A DNA stretch of 64,000 nucleotides from Dendrobates tinctorius (Eukaryota). Location of the stretch: contig NW_027362117.1 of the NCBI RefSeq assembly GCF_039654945.1, positions 1,054,001 to 1,118,000 of the forward strand, in the 5' to 3' direction. A program made the translations under genes and the position numbers. Shown in pieces: positions 37,845 through 50,950 of the stretch (position 1 is the first letter of the stretch; each line of letters opens with the position of its first letter). The notes beneath the pieces are model-generated. The model was not told the origin of the DNA. It made no database searches and saw only the letters and a list, made by a program, of their open reading frames with translations.

Positions 37845-40800
37845 GGAGACTCTGGAGCTCAGTCCGGAGACGCTTAGTCCGATGGCGCTCAGTCCGGAGA
37901 CGCTCAGTCCGGAGACACTTGGTCCAATGGCGCTCAGTCTGGAGACTCTCAGTCCAGAGATGCTCAGTCCGGAGACAATCAGTCCGAAGACGCTTAATCC
38001 GAAGATGCTCAGTCCAGAGACGCTCAGTCCAGAGATGCTCAATCTGGAGAAGCTCAGTCCAGAGACGCTTAGTCTGATGGCGCTCAGTCCGGAGACGCTC
38101 AGTCCGGAGACGCTTAGTCCAATGGCGCTCAGTCCGAAGATGCTCAGTCCGAAGACGCTCAGTCCAGAGATGCTCGGTCTGGAGACGCTCAGCCCAGAGA
38201 TGCTCAGTCCGGAGACACTCAGTCCAAAGACGCTTAATCCGAAGATGCTCAGTCCAGAGACCCTCAGTCCAGAAATGCTCAATCTGGAGACGCTCGGTCG
38301 GGAGACTTTTAGTCCGATGGCGCTCAGTCCGGGGATGCTCAGTCCGGAGACGCTTAGTCCGATGGCGCTCAGTCCGAAGACGCTCAGTCCGAAGACGCTT
38401 AGTCCAATGGCGCTCAGTCCGAAGATGCTCAGTCCGAAGACGCTCAGTCCAGAGATGCTCGGTCTGGAGACGCTCAGCCCAGAGATGCTCAGTCCGGAGA
38501 CACTCAGTCCGAAGACGCTTAATCCGAAGATGCTCAGTCCAGAGACGCTCAGTCCAGAGATGCTCAATCTGGAGACACTCAGTCCGGAGACGCTTAGTCC
38601 GATGGTGCTTAGTCCGGAGACGCTCAATCCAGAGATGCTCAGTGCGGGGACGCTCAGTCCGAAGACGCTTGGTCCAATGGCGCTCAGTCTGGAGACACTC
38701 AGTCCAGAGATGCTCAGTCCGGAGACAATCAGTCCGAAGACGCTTAATCCGAAGATGCTCAGTCCAGAGACGCTCAGTCCAGAGATGCTCAATCTGGAGA
38801 CGCTCAGTCCAGAGATGCTTAGTCTGATGGCGCTCAGTCTGGAGACGCTCAGTCTGGAGACGCTTAATCCGATGGCGCTCAGTCCAAAGACGCTTAATCC
38901 GAAGACGCTCAGTCCAGAGACGCTCACTCCGGAGATGCTCAATCCGATGGTTCTCAGTCCAGAGACTCTCAGTCCGGAGATGCTCAATCCGCTGGCTCTC
39001 AGTCCAGAGACTCTCAGTCCAGAGATCCTCAGTCTGGAGACGCTGAGACTGAAGATTCTCAGTCCAGAGATGCTCAGTCCAAAGTCCCTGTCCAAAGACC
39101 CTCAGTCCGGAGACATTCGGTCTGGAAACGCTCAGTCTGCAGATGCTCAGTCTGGAGACTCAGTCTGGAGACACTCAGTTCAAAGATGCTCACTCTGGAG
39201 TTGCTTAGTCCGAAGATGCTCAATCCAGAGACACTTGGTATGGAGACACTCAGTCCAGAAACACTTAGCCTAGAGATTGTTTCCGTACTAACCATCAGTA
39301 CGGAGACACTCAGCCTGGAAACGCTCAGTCCGGAAATGCTTAGTCCGGAGATAACTCAAATTAACCTGATTTTAAGGCAATACCACAAAAAACACGTGAA
39401 AGAAAAAAAAAAAAAAAAAAAAATTTATATATATAACAATAATAATGAAATGGTTATAATTCTATTAGTATATCTTTTTCAACGTGTATAAGTGTGTGCC
39501 ACTGGAAGAATGGTAGACCATTCGAGAAAAGATTTGTAAACCGAATCAAAGAAAAACCCAAATTTTGGTCAAAAAATGTATATAAAAATTAAATAAGATA
39601 TACGAATAATAAAAAAGTCATAAAACAGATATACGATTAAAATACCCCTTTTAAACATTGGTTTCTCTCCTTGTTGATTGTTTTGCATCACCACATGGTT
39701 CTATGCACAGACACTTGTTTGAGCCTATATGGTCTCCATATATTTTATGTCACTTTTTTAAGGAGCCAATGTATAGAGGGATAAAATATAGTTATTTATT
39801 AATGGGGAACGCCGTGCTTTATTAACCTATATAGGTGTATATAAAATTCTTTTGAGCACACATCTTTTTTATATGTATTCGTATTACTATTACTCAATAA
39901 AGGTATTTTAATCGTATATCTGTTTTATGACTTTTTTATTATTCATATATCTTATTTAATTTTTATATACATTTTTTGACCAAAATTTGGGTTTTTCTTT
40001 GATTCGGTTTATTAGTCCGGAGATGCTTATCCCAGAGACATTTAGTCCAGAGAAGCTCTGTCTGGAGACGCTCACTCCGGAGATGTTTAGAACGGAGATG
40101 CTCAGTCTGGAGACACTCAGTCTGGAAATGCTCAGTCCAGAGATGCTCAGTCCGGAGACACATAGTCTGGAGACGCGCAGTCTGGAGATGCTTAGAACGG
40201 AGACACTCTGTCTGAAGACGCTCAGTCTGGAGACACTCAGTCTGGAAACGCTCAGTCCGGAGATGCTCAGTCCGAAGACGCTCAGTCTGGAGACGCTCAA
40301 ACCAAAAACTCTCAGTCCAGAGATGTTCAGTCTGGAGACGCTCAGTATGAAGGTTCTCAGTCTGGAGACACTCAGTCCGGAGACGCTCAGTTCAGGGACA
40401 CAGTCTGGAGGTACCCAGTCCGACGATGCTCAGTCCAGAGATGATCAGTCTGGAGACTTTCTGTCCGGAGACACTCAGTCCGGAGACGCAGAGTCTGCAG
40501 ACTCTATATCCAAAGACTTTCGGTCCGGTGTTTCTCAGTCTGGAGACTCTTAGTCCGAAAACGCTCAGTCCAGAGATGCTCAGTTTGAAGGCGCTCAGTC
40601 CAGAGACACGGAGTCCAAAACTCTCAGTTCGAAGACACTCATTCTGAAGATGCTCAGTACGGAGATGCTCAGTTTAGAGTTGCTCAGTCCAGAGACGCTT
40701 AGAATGGAGATTCTCAGTTCGGAAACTCTCAGTCCAGAGATGCTCAGTCTGGAAACGCTCAGTCTGAAGATTCTCAGTCCGAAGATGCTCAGTCTGGAGA

Positions 40801-41405
40801 CGCTCAAACCAAAAACTCTCAGTCCAGAGATGTTCAGTCTGGAGACGCTCAGTATGAAGATTCTCAGTCTGGAGACAGTATGGAGACACTCAGTCCGGAG
40901 ATGCTCAGTTCAGGGACAGTCTGGAGGTACCCAGTCCAACGATGCTCAGTCCAGAGATGATCAGTCTGGAGACTTTCTGTCCGGAGACACTCAGTCCGGA
41001 GACGCAGAGTCTGCAGACTCTATATCCAAAGACTTTCGGTCCGGTGTTTCTCAGTCTGGTGACTCTTAGTCCGAAAACGCTCAGTCCAGAGATGCTCAGT
41101 TTGAAGGCGCTCAGTCCAGAGACACGGAGTCCAAAACTCTCAGTTCGAAGACACTCATTCTGAAGATGCTCAGTACGGAGATGATCAGTTTAGAGTTGCT
41201 CAGTCCGGAGACGCTTAGAATGGAGATTCTCAGTTCGGAAACTCTCAGTCCAGAGATGCTCAGTCTGGAAATGCTCAGTCTGAAGATTCTCAGTCTGGAG
41301 ATGCTTAGAACAGAGACAATCAGTCTGGAGAGGCTCAGTACGGAGATGCTCAGTTTGAAGATGTTTAGAACGGAGATGCTTAGTCCAAAGACGCTCAGTC
41401 CAGAT
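37845..41405 (+). repeat. Two 15-bp tandem arrays separated by an AT-rich spacer containing an inverted repeat; probable DNA transposon relic
   Basis: Unit CTCAGTCCGGAGACG at 37845-39350 and 40011-41403. About 110-bp inverted repeat 39538-39647 / 39902-40011. 516-bp direct duplication in the right array. Confidence 0.85.
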
Positions 41406-41544
41406 CCGGCTTTCCTAGGGACAGATGTATCCGACAGAAGGAATAATATTCACAGTATATGTTTCATTTTGGGGAAATGCTCTTCATCCTTCCTGAGAAC
41501 TGAATGGTAAAGTGGTAATCCAGAACCCTGGTGGCCATGACTGC

Positions 41545-42603
41545 GGCTCACTGCCCCTCACTCTGTGGCTCACTGCCCTCCGCCCTGTGGCTCACTGCCC
41601 CCCACTCTGTGGCTCGCCGCTCCCACTCTGTGGCTCACTGCCCCCCACTCTGTGACTCGCTGCCTCCCGCTCTGCCGCTCGCTGCCCTACGCCCTGTGAC
41701 TCACCACCCCCACTCTGTGGCTCACTGCCCCCCACTCTGTGACTCACTGCCCCCCACTCTGTGGCTCACTGCCCCCCACTCTGTGGCTCACTGCCCCCCA
41801 CTCTGTGACTTGCCACCCCCACTCTGTGGCTCACTGCCCCCCACTCTGTGGCTCACTGCCCCCCACTCTGTGACTCGCCGTCCCCGCTCTGTGGCTCACT
41901 GCCCCCCACTCTGTGACTCGCTGCCCCCGCTCTGTGGCTCACTGCCCCCCACTGTGTGGCTCGCCGCTCCCGCTCTGTGGCTCACTGCCCCCCGCTCTGT
42001 GGCTCACTGCCCCCCGCTCTGTGGCTCACTGCCCCCCGCTCTGTGGCTCGCCGCCCCGTTCTGTGGCTCGCCGCCCCCGCTCTGTGGTTCGCTGCTCCCG
42101 CTCTGTGGCTCACTGCCCCCCGCTCTGTGGCTCACTGCCCCCCGCTCTGTGGCTCACTGCCCCCCGCTCTGTGGCTCACTGCCCCCTGCTCTGTGGCTCA
42201 CTGCCCCCTGCTCTGTGGCTCACTGCCCCCCGCTCTGTGGCTCGCCGCCCCGTTCTGTGGCTCGCCGCCCCGTTCTGTGGCTCGCCGCCCCCGCTCTGTG
42301 GTTCGCTGCTCCCGCTCTGTGGCTCACTGCCCCCCGCTCTGTGGCTCACTGCCCCCCGCTCTGTGGCTCACTGCCCCCGCTCTGTGGCTCGCCGCTCCCG
42401 CTCTGTGGCTCACTGCCCCCCGCTCTGTGGCTCACTGCCCCCCGTTCTGTGGCTCGCCGCCCCCGCTCTGTGGTTCGCTGCTCCCGCTCTGTGGCTCACT
42501 GCCCCCCGCTCTGTGGCTCACTGCCCCCCGCTCTGTGGCTCGCCGCCCCGTTCTGTGGCTCGCCGCCCCCGCTCTGTGGTTCGTTGCTCCCGCTCTGTGG
42601 CTC
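41545..42603 (+). repeat. About 22-bp GC-rich minisatellite
   Basis: Unit CTCTGTGGCTCACTGCCCCCCG. Confidence 0.94.
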
Positions 42604-44163
42604 ATATCTCTTCCTATCTGACGTCCACCGACATCTGCACACCGTAGTGGCCCGATCTGGATCCTCTTCAATCTCTGCAGAACATCGCACCAGCCCACCC
42701 TGAGGAGAACGGCGCAGCTTTCCTAGGTCCAGATCTGCCGCCGTCCTGCTCCTGTGCCCACTATAGGGGTGTAAATGACACGCCATCCTCAGAACAGATA
42801 GAGGGCACTCCGGGGAGTGGAGCTTACACATTCTTTTGTCTATTTCCCACTTTTAGGGGGTCATTTGCTTTGTCCGATTGCGCCCCCTAGCTCAGCAGCA
42901 CGAGCCCATGGCACAGATGCCCGGAGCTGAGAACTGGCCTGCATCCCTTTAAGAAGGCAGCGGATCCATTTACCACAGTGCGGGTCCTGATTGCACAATT
43001 TGGGGGGGTTTTCGTGTGTTATGAGGCAGGTGGGACGGCGGGATCTGGGGTTGGCGCCGCTCCAGACGTTCCTTCATGGAACATTAGTACAGTAAATTCT
43101 TTCTCTCGGGCAGAGGACGGTGGAAATGAAATCAGCAGCAATGTTTGCTTTCATGTGGTTACATTTAATTTCCATGTAAAGGAGAAAAACACGAAAGACG
43201 AAGTCTGGAGCAGAGGGAGAGGCGGCAGAAACCGCCGCTGATCCTAAAAATAGGGGATTGTCCAGAAACATAATAACAAGTGAATCAGAGGGACGATGGG
43301 GGCTTATTACATACCCCAAAACATTCAGTGTTACCAATTATGCAACATTTTACTACTTCCTGGATCCAGCCTGCAGTGTAAAGTATAGTGGTGCACATAG
43401 CTACGTCATGTCAGGGCAAGTACGTGCCGCTATTCTGCTGCCCAAGAACCACAGTCCATCCCCCGCTGCGACAAAGTCACAAGCGTCTTCTGCCATTTCA
43501 AGAAACTCAACGGTGTAAGAAAAGAGAAGAGACTGTAATATATCAGGAAATGTGCTTCCTTCTCCACTTCTAGACTCCACTTCTAGTGTTTTATCGCACC
43601 TCATCTTCAGCTGCACTGCTCACTACTGCTGTATAATGTCTTCTACACCGCTCCTGCTTTCTAGTATTTATCTCACTACAGACCAGGATCTTCAGCTACA
43701 CTGCTCAGGGCTGCTGTATAATGTCCTCTACCACTGCTGCTTTCTAGTAAGTGTTTTATCTCACAATAGAGCTGGATTCATAACTAAAAAGCCCAGTACG
43801 GATGCATTATGTCCTTTATGCTGATGCATTTTCTCTCACCTCAGTGCTGTATTCACATCTGCACTGCTCAGTACTGCTGTATAATGTCCTCCATGTTGTA
43901 GCTGCTTAATATTTTGTACATAAAGGAGAGCAGGAATCCATCATGTCTGTGTCTGCTGTGTATGGGAGACATTATGGCAGCTTGTCTACATCCACCAGCT
44001 CAGTAACAACTGATAATTAGAGATGGGGTCTGCAGGAAGGAAACTGAAGAAATTGCAGGATACAAGTCACATCATGGCCAGACATTGAATTGTCCTTCCT
44101 GTTTACACTGGGCAGCCTCATCCTAAGCAGTCACCTGAACTACAGCTTCCCCATTAGCCAAGT

Positions 44164-44236
44164 GGCCCAGTGGCCTAATGGATAAGGCGCCAGCCTCCGG
44201 AGCTGGAGATTGTGGGTTCAAGTCCCATCTGGGTCG
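44164..44236 (+). tRNA. tRNA-Arg, anticodon CCG
   Basis: 73 nt, GGCCCAGTGGCCTAATGGATAAGGCGCCAGCCT-CCG-GAGCTGGAGATTGTGGGTTCAAGTCCCATCTGGGTCG. Acceptor, anticodon (CCAGC/GCTGG) and T (GTGGG/CCCAT) stems pair; anticodon at 44197-44199; TTTT at 44241-44244. Confidence 0.93.
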
Positions 44237-44829
44237 GAAATTTTAGGAACTTGCAAAATTCCTGAATAATTCCAGGGACATAATTTATGACAAGTCTGAC
44301 AACGTCACACAATCATCATAGTCTTCAGTACAAAGAAGTCCCATCATGGGACATTTATTATGTGTTTAATCAGCATTTTTTCATTCTGGAAGAAGTGTCA
44401 CGCAACAGCACAGAGTATTTTAGGAGAGGATTAGTGGCAGTGAGTGTATCATCTCCTCATGCATAGCTCCTAACCGTCCCCATTCTCCCGGGACAGTCCC
44501 GTTTTTGACCCCCCCCCCCACCCGCGCCCTGCCCAACACTCTATTTTTTCTCCGCACTGCACTGAGCCGCCACGCCCCCCCCATGCACCAACCCCATCCT
44601 TGCCCTCCCGCAGAGACCCACCACAGCCTCCAATGACGTTGCTAGGCTGTTCTGTGGCTGAGTATGCGCACAGGACCTGTGATGAGGTCACCAGAGGAGA
44701 GGAGTCAGGGGTCACATGATCAGGGGCCTCAGTGTGTGCAGGACTCTGCTGTGCTGGTTGTCATGGTGCTGGATGAGGTGAAGTTTCTGTGTGGGGTCAG
44801 GAGGGGTTTACAGGGAGGATGTAGCAGAG

Positions 44830-45262
44830 CTGTGTGTGTACAAGGTGTACGGAGCGGAGCCGAGTGTGTACGAGGTGTACAGAGCGGAGCCGTGTGTGTA
44901 CGAGGTGTACGGAGCGGAGCCGAGTGTGTACGAGGTGTACGGAGCGGAGCCGAGTGTGTAAGAGTTGTGCGGAGTGGAGCCGCGTGCGTACGAGGTGTAC
45001 GGAGCAGAGCCGCGTGTGTACGGGGTGTGCGGAGCAGAGCCGTGTGTGTACAAGATGTACGGAGCGGAGTCATGGGTGTACTTGGTGTACGGAGCGGAGC
45101 CGAGTGTGTACTTGGTGTACAGAGCGGAGCCGAGAGTGTATGGGGTATGCAGAGCAGAGCCATGTGTGAACGGGATGTATGGAGCTGAGCCAAGTGTGTA
45201 CGAGGCATACAAAGCGGAACCATGTGTGTATGAGGTGTGCGGAGTTGTGCGTGTACACGGTG
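44830..45262 (+). repeat. 30-bp minisatellite
   Basis: Unit GTGTGTACGAGGTGTACGGAGCGGAGCCGA. Confidence 0.92.
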
Positions 45263-45659
45263 TATGGTGAGGAGCATTCATACCTCCCAAACGTCCCGGA
45301 TCCAGCGGGACAATCCCGATTTTGAGAGTCTGCCCTGCTGTCCCAGCCAGGAGCTTACTTTTCCCGCGGACACAGGAGTACACGGTGGAGCCGCAAGGAG
45401 CACTTTAAAACTCACATATAACGGTCCACCGGAAGTGACGTGCTGGAAGGTGACCGGAAATTAGATAATTTCATGAGGAGATTGTGCCGGAACCAGGAAT
45501 GCTTCAGATCCATCACCGTGTCCTCCTCCAACAGCGCAGACTGCAGGATCGCCTTGGAATCGGGGATGCCGGCCATGTGAGTGGATCATGATGTCCTGCA
45601 TCGGGAGGTTCAGGTGGGCATTACAATAGGAGCCGGGCTGCTATAGTATCTTTATAGAA

Positions 45660-48090
45660 TCTTTCTTTCTTTCTCTCTCTGCTTCTTTCTCTGTTCTTTC
45701 TCTCTCTCTCTGTTACTTTCTTTCTCTGTTTCTTTATCGCTCTCTGTTCTTTCTTTCCCTATCTTTCTCTCTCTCTTCTTTCTCTCTCTCTAATCTTTCT
45801 TTTTTCTTTCTCTCTCTCTGTTCTTTTTCTCTCTCTGTACTTTCTTTCTCTCTCTCTCTGTTCTTTCTTTCTATTTCTTTCCCCCTCTTTCTTTCTTTCT
45901 TTCTGTTCTTTCTCTTTCTTTCTTTAATTCTTTCTCTCTCTCTGTTCTTTCTGTCTATCTCTGTTATTTCTTTCTCTCTCTCTGTTCTTTCTTTCTATTT
46001 CTTTCCCCCTCTTTCTTTCACTCTCTCTGTTCTTTCTGTCTATCTCTGTTATTTCTTTTCCCTCTTTCTTTCTTTGTTTCTTTCTTTCTCGCTGTGTTCT
46101 TTGTTTTTCTCTTTCTTTCTCTCTCTGTTCTTTCCTTCTTTTTCCTCGTTCTTTCTCTCTTAGTTCTTTCTTTCCCCTCTTTCTTTCTCTCTCTGTTCTT
46201 TCTTTCTCTCTCTCTGGTCTTTCTTTTTTTCTTTCCCTTCTGTCTTTCTTTCTTTCCCCTTTCTTTCTCTCGCTTTCTGCTCTTTCTTTCGCTCACTGTT
46301 CTTTCCCCTCTTTCTTTCTCTCTCTCTGTTCTCCCTTTCTCTTTCTATCTCTGTTCTTCCTTTCCCCTCTTTCTTTCTTTCCTTGTTTCTTTTGCCTCTT
46401 TCTCTATCTCTGTTCTTTCTTTCTTCCCCTTTCTTTCTCTCTCTGTTCTTTTTTTCACTCTCTTTTCTTTCTTTCTTTCTTTCCCCTTTTTCTTTCTCTC
46501 TCTGTTCTTTCTTTGCCCTCTATCTTTCGCTCTCTGTTCTTTCTCTCTCTGTTCTTTCTTTTTTCTTTCCCCTCTTTCTTTCTCTCTATTCTTTTTTCCC
46601 CTTTCTTTCTCTCTCTCTTTTCTTTATTTATTTCCCCTCTTGTTCTCTCTCTCTGTTCTTCCTTTCTCTTTCTCTCTCTATTCTTTCTTTCGCTCTCTGT
46701 TCTTTATTTCTATCTGTTCTCTCTATGTTCTTTCTTTACCCTCTTTCTTTCCCATCTTTCTTTCTCTCTCTGTTCTTTCTTTCTCTGTCTCTGCTCNNNN
46801 NNNNNNNNNNNNNNNNNNNNNNNNNNNNNNNNNNNNNNNNNNNNNNNNNNNNNNNNNNNNNNNNNNNNNNNNNNNNNNNNNNNNNNNNNNNNNNNNNNNN
46901 NNNNNNNNNNNNNNNNNNNNNNNNNNNNNCTCTCTGTTCTTTCTTTCTCTCTTTGTTCTTTTCTTCTGTCCCCTCTTTCTTTCTCTCTTTGTTCTTTCTT
47001 TCTTTCCCCTCTTTCTTTCTCTATCTGCTCTTCCTTGCTCTTTGTCTCTGTTCTTTTTTCTTTCTCTCTGTTCTTTCTTTCTCTTTGTTCTCTCTCTGTT
47101 CTTTCTTTCCCATCTTTCTTTCTCTCTCTGTTCTTTCTTTCTTTCTCTCTATCTGTTCTTTCTTTCTCTCTGTTCTTTCTTTCCCCTTTTTTCTCTCTCT
47201 GTTCTTTCTTTCCTCTCTTTATTTTTCTCTCACTCTCTGTTCTTTCTTTCCCCTCTTTCTTTCTCTCTCTGTTCTTTCTTTCCCCTCTATCTTTCGCTCT
47301 CTGTTCTCTCTCTCTGTTCTTTCTTTTTTCTTTCCCCCCTTTCTTTCTCTCTGATCTTTTCCCCTTTCTTTCTCTCTCTCTGTTCTTTCTTTCTTTCCCC
47401 TCTTGTTCTCTCTCTCTGTTCTTCCTTTCTCTTTCTCTCTATTCTTTCTTTCGCTTTCTGTTCTTTATTTCTATCTGTTCTCTCTTTGTTCTTTCTTTAC
47501 CCTCTTTCTTTCTTTCCCATCTTTCGTTCTTTATCTCTCTGTTCTTTATTTCTCTCTCTCTGTTCTTTCTTTCTCTCTGTTCTTTCTTTCCCCTTTCTTT
47601 CTCTCTCTGTTCTTTCTTTCCCCTCTTTCTTTCTATCTCTCTGTTCTTTCTTCTTTCTCTCTCTGTTCTTTCTTTCTCTCTCTGTTCTTTCTTCTTTCTC
47701 TCTGTTCTTTCTTTCTCTCTCTGTTCTTTCTTCTTTCTCTCTCTGTTCTTTCTTTCTCTCTCTGTTCTTTCTTCTTTCTCTCTCTGTTCTTTCTTTCTCT
47801 CTCTGTTCTTTTCTTCTGTCCCCTCTTTCTTTCTCTCTTTGTTCTTTCTTTCTTTCCCCTCTTTCTTTCTCTATCTGTTCTTCCTTGCTCTTTCTCTCTG
47901 TTCTTTCTTTCTCTCTCTGTTCTTTCTTTCTATTTGTTCTCTCTCTGTTCTTTCTTTCCCCTCTTTCTCTTTCTCTCTGTTCTTTCTTCTTTCTCTCTCT
48001 GTTCTTTCTTTCTCTCTCGCTCTCCTTTCTTTCTTTCTCTCTCTCTCTCTGTTTTCTTTTTTCTCTCTCTCTGTTTTCCTTCTTTTCCTC
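45660..48090 (+). repeat. CT-rich low-complexity tract containing an assembly gap
   Basis: CTTT/CT/CTGTT repeats; 133 N at 46797-46929. Confidence 0.97.
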
Positions 48091-49299
48091 AGTACCCGTC
48101 AGTGTGCCCACAGTACCAGCCACTGTGCCCATAATGCCAGCCACTGTGCCCACAGTACCAGTCCGTGTGATCAGCAGTGCTAAATGGGTGTGGTTGGGTG
48201 TGGACATGGATGTGACTAGTTCTGAAATGGGTGTGGTTCGGGCATGGTCTAAAATTTGCCTTCTTTCCCTTCTTCAAAAGTTGGGAGATATGCCTCCTGA
48301 GCTCGTTAGGTGGTTCTCACTCAGCTTTCCTGGGCGGCTGATCAGCCTCGTTATACATGGGGTCATCCCTCTATATCAGTATATTAACAAGTATGGATCC
48401 CAGTAAAGATGGGTGACAACCTCTGAAGATCAGCAATGGCCGTCGGATTGGTTGTTGCCCATTTTATCAAGACGGTCACTTTTAATTTATGGAATATGAA
48501 TCTGTAATCCAGACATGAAGAGCGCCTGATTTGCCTGCGGGGTCATTCTTGCTGCTGCTTTTTATGCACATTTTTCAGGCAAGGTAAATATATATTTTCT
48601 CTTCGGCTTTAATTTCTTCCATCTGCAACTTCCCGGTCCAGAAAGTGGGAGCGAGCGGATAAATAAGACATAAAGCAGGATCTGTGCAGCCCTGTGTGTG
48701 ACCTGAGGGGCCCGGCCCTGATGCCAGCGAGGGCAGACGGCAGTCAGAACCTGTGCCAGTCACACACGGATGTCTGAGTCACCAACCGGCACCGGGGGGC
48801 AGCGGCGAGCGGTGCCAAAACCTGCACACCCGGGAAAAAGGAAATGTGTGCAGGTTATTAATGGTATCACTCCCACTATCTGCAGCCACTCACCAGAAAA
48901 CACAAGTGATTCATGGACACGAAGAAATGACTGAAAATAAAGAAGAAAAATATTATATACAATAAAAACCCGAGGAAAACTGAAGTAACCAGAAAAAGCC
49001 GATCACAGCACTCTCCACCCGACCACGGCCCATCTGTTACTCAGCTAATGTGCCCAACACTCCGTGCTGAGAAGCCTCGTATTACATCAACATGCCAGAC
49101 ACACCTCTGAGAACCCAATACAAAGCTCCAAAGCTCCAGTGACGATCAAAGCTGTCAGTCAGCAGTCACCACTAGGGGGAGCTCTCTGTACACAGAGATA
49201 CATGATAAGATCCTGTCTGCAGCCACCACTAGGGGGAGCAAATACCAATGGTGCTTATGGAGGAATTTTATAATGTATACCTAATAAGTGCTTTTGAAT

Positions 49300-50950
49300 T
49301 ACTTCCTGTATTAAACTCCAGAGCTGTGCTCACTATTCTGCTGGTGCAGTCACTCACTGTGTGCATACATTACATTACTGATCCTGAGTTACCTCCTGTA
49401 TTATACCCCAGAGCTGCACTCACTATTCTGCTGGTGCAGTCACTGTGTACAAACATTACATTACTGATCCTGAGTTACATCCTTTATTATACTCCAGAGC
49501 TGCACTCACTATTCTGCTGGTGCAGTCCCTGCGTACATACATTACATTACTGATCCTGAGTTACATCCTGTATTATACCCCAGAGCTGCACTCACTATTC
49601 TGCTGGTGCAGTCACTGTGTGCAAACATTACTGATCCTGAGTTACATCCTGTATTATACTCCAGAGCTGCACTCACTATTCTGCTGGTGCAGTCACTGTG
49701 TACATACATTACATTACTGATCCTGAGTTACATCCTGTATTATACTCCAGAGCTGCTCTCACTATTCTGCTGGTGCAGTCACTGTGTACATACATTACAT
49801 TACTGATCCTGAGTTACCTCCTGTATTATACTCCAGAGCTGCACTCACTATTCTGCTGGTGCAGTCACTGTGTACAAACATTACTGATCCTGAGTTACAT
49901 CCTGTATTATACTCCAGAGCTGCACTCACTATTCTGCTGGTGCAGTCACTGTGTACATACATTACATTACTGATCCTGAGTTACAGCCTGTATTATACTC
50001 CAGAGCTGCACTCACTATTCTGCTGGTGCAGTCACTGTGTACATACATTACATTACTGATCCTGAGTTACATCCTGTATTATACTCCAGAGCTGCACTCA
50101 CTATTCTGCTGGTGCAGTCACTGTGTACATACATTACATTACTGATCCTGAGTTACCTCCTGTATTATACTCCAGAGCTGCACTCACTATTCTACTGGTG
50201 CAGTCACTGTGTGCATACATTACATTACTGATCCTGAGTTACCTCCTGTATTATACTCCAGAGCTGCACTCACTATTCTGCTGGTGCAGTCACTGTGTGC
50301 ATACATTACATTACTGATCCTGAGTTACCTCCTGTATTATACTCCAGAGCTGCACTCACTATTCTGCTGGTGCAGTCACTGTGTACATACATTACTGATC
50401 CTGAGTTACCTCCTGTATTATACCCCAGAGCTGCACTCACTATTCTGCTGGTGCAGTCACTGTGTACATACATTACATTACTGATCCTGAGTTACCTCCT
50501 GTATTATTCCCCAGAGCTGCACTCACTATTCTGCTGGTGCAGTCACTGTGTACATACATTACATTACTGATCCTGAGTTACATCCTGTATTATACCCCAG
50601 AGAAGCACTCACTATTCTGCTGGTGCAGTCACTGTGTACGTACATTACATTACTGATCCTGAGTTACCTCCTGTATTATACTCCAGAGCTGCACTCACTA
50701 TTCTGATGGTGCAGTCACTGTGTACATACATTACATTACTGATCCTGAGTTACCTCCTGTATTATTCTCCAGAGCTGCACTCACTATTCTGCTGGTGCAG
50801 TCACTGTGTACATACATTACATTACTGATCCTGAGTTACCTCCTGTATTATACTCCAGAGCTGCACTCACTATTCTGCTGGTGCAGTCACTGTGTACATA
50901 CATTACTGATCCTGAGTCGCCTCCTGCATTACACTCCAGAGCTGCGCTCT
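49300..50950 (+). repeat. 86-bp satellite, about 19 copies, intergenic
   Basis: Same unit and orientation as the arrays at 22.8 and 29.6 kb. Confidence 0.95.

Larger units (their letters stand above)
44462..48292. mobile_element. Composite non-autonomous DNA element with CATA(C/G)CTCC termini
   Basis: Left-end copies at 44462 (CATAGCTCCTAACCGTCCC) and 45279 (CATACCTCCCAAACGTCCC); right end TTGGGAGATATG at 48281-48292; 7-bp near-TSD CCTCATG / CCTCCTG. Confidence 0.5.

Noticed and set aside
37686-39273. 480-aa LSPET and 469-aa GLS repeat proteins as CDS
   Set aside because: The 15-bp unit is stop-free on both strands; there is no splice or domain support. Kept only as a lead.
46018-48406. Long Phe/Leu/Ser and Lys/Arg/Glu ORFs
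   Set aside because: Polypyrimidine low-complexity sequence spanning an N gap.
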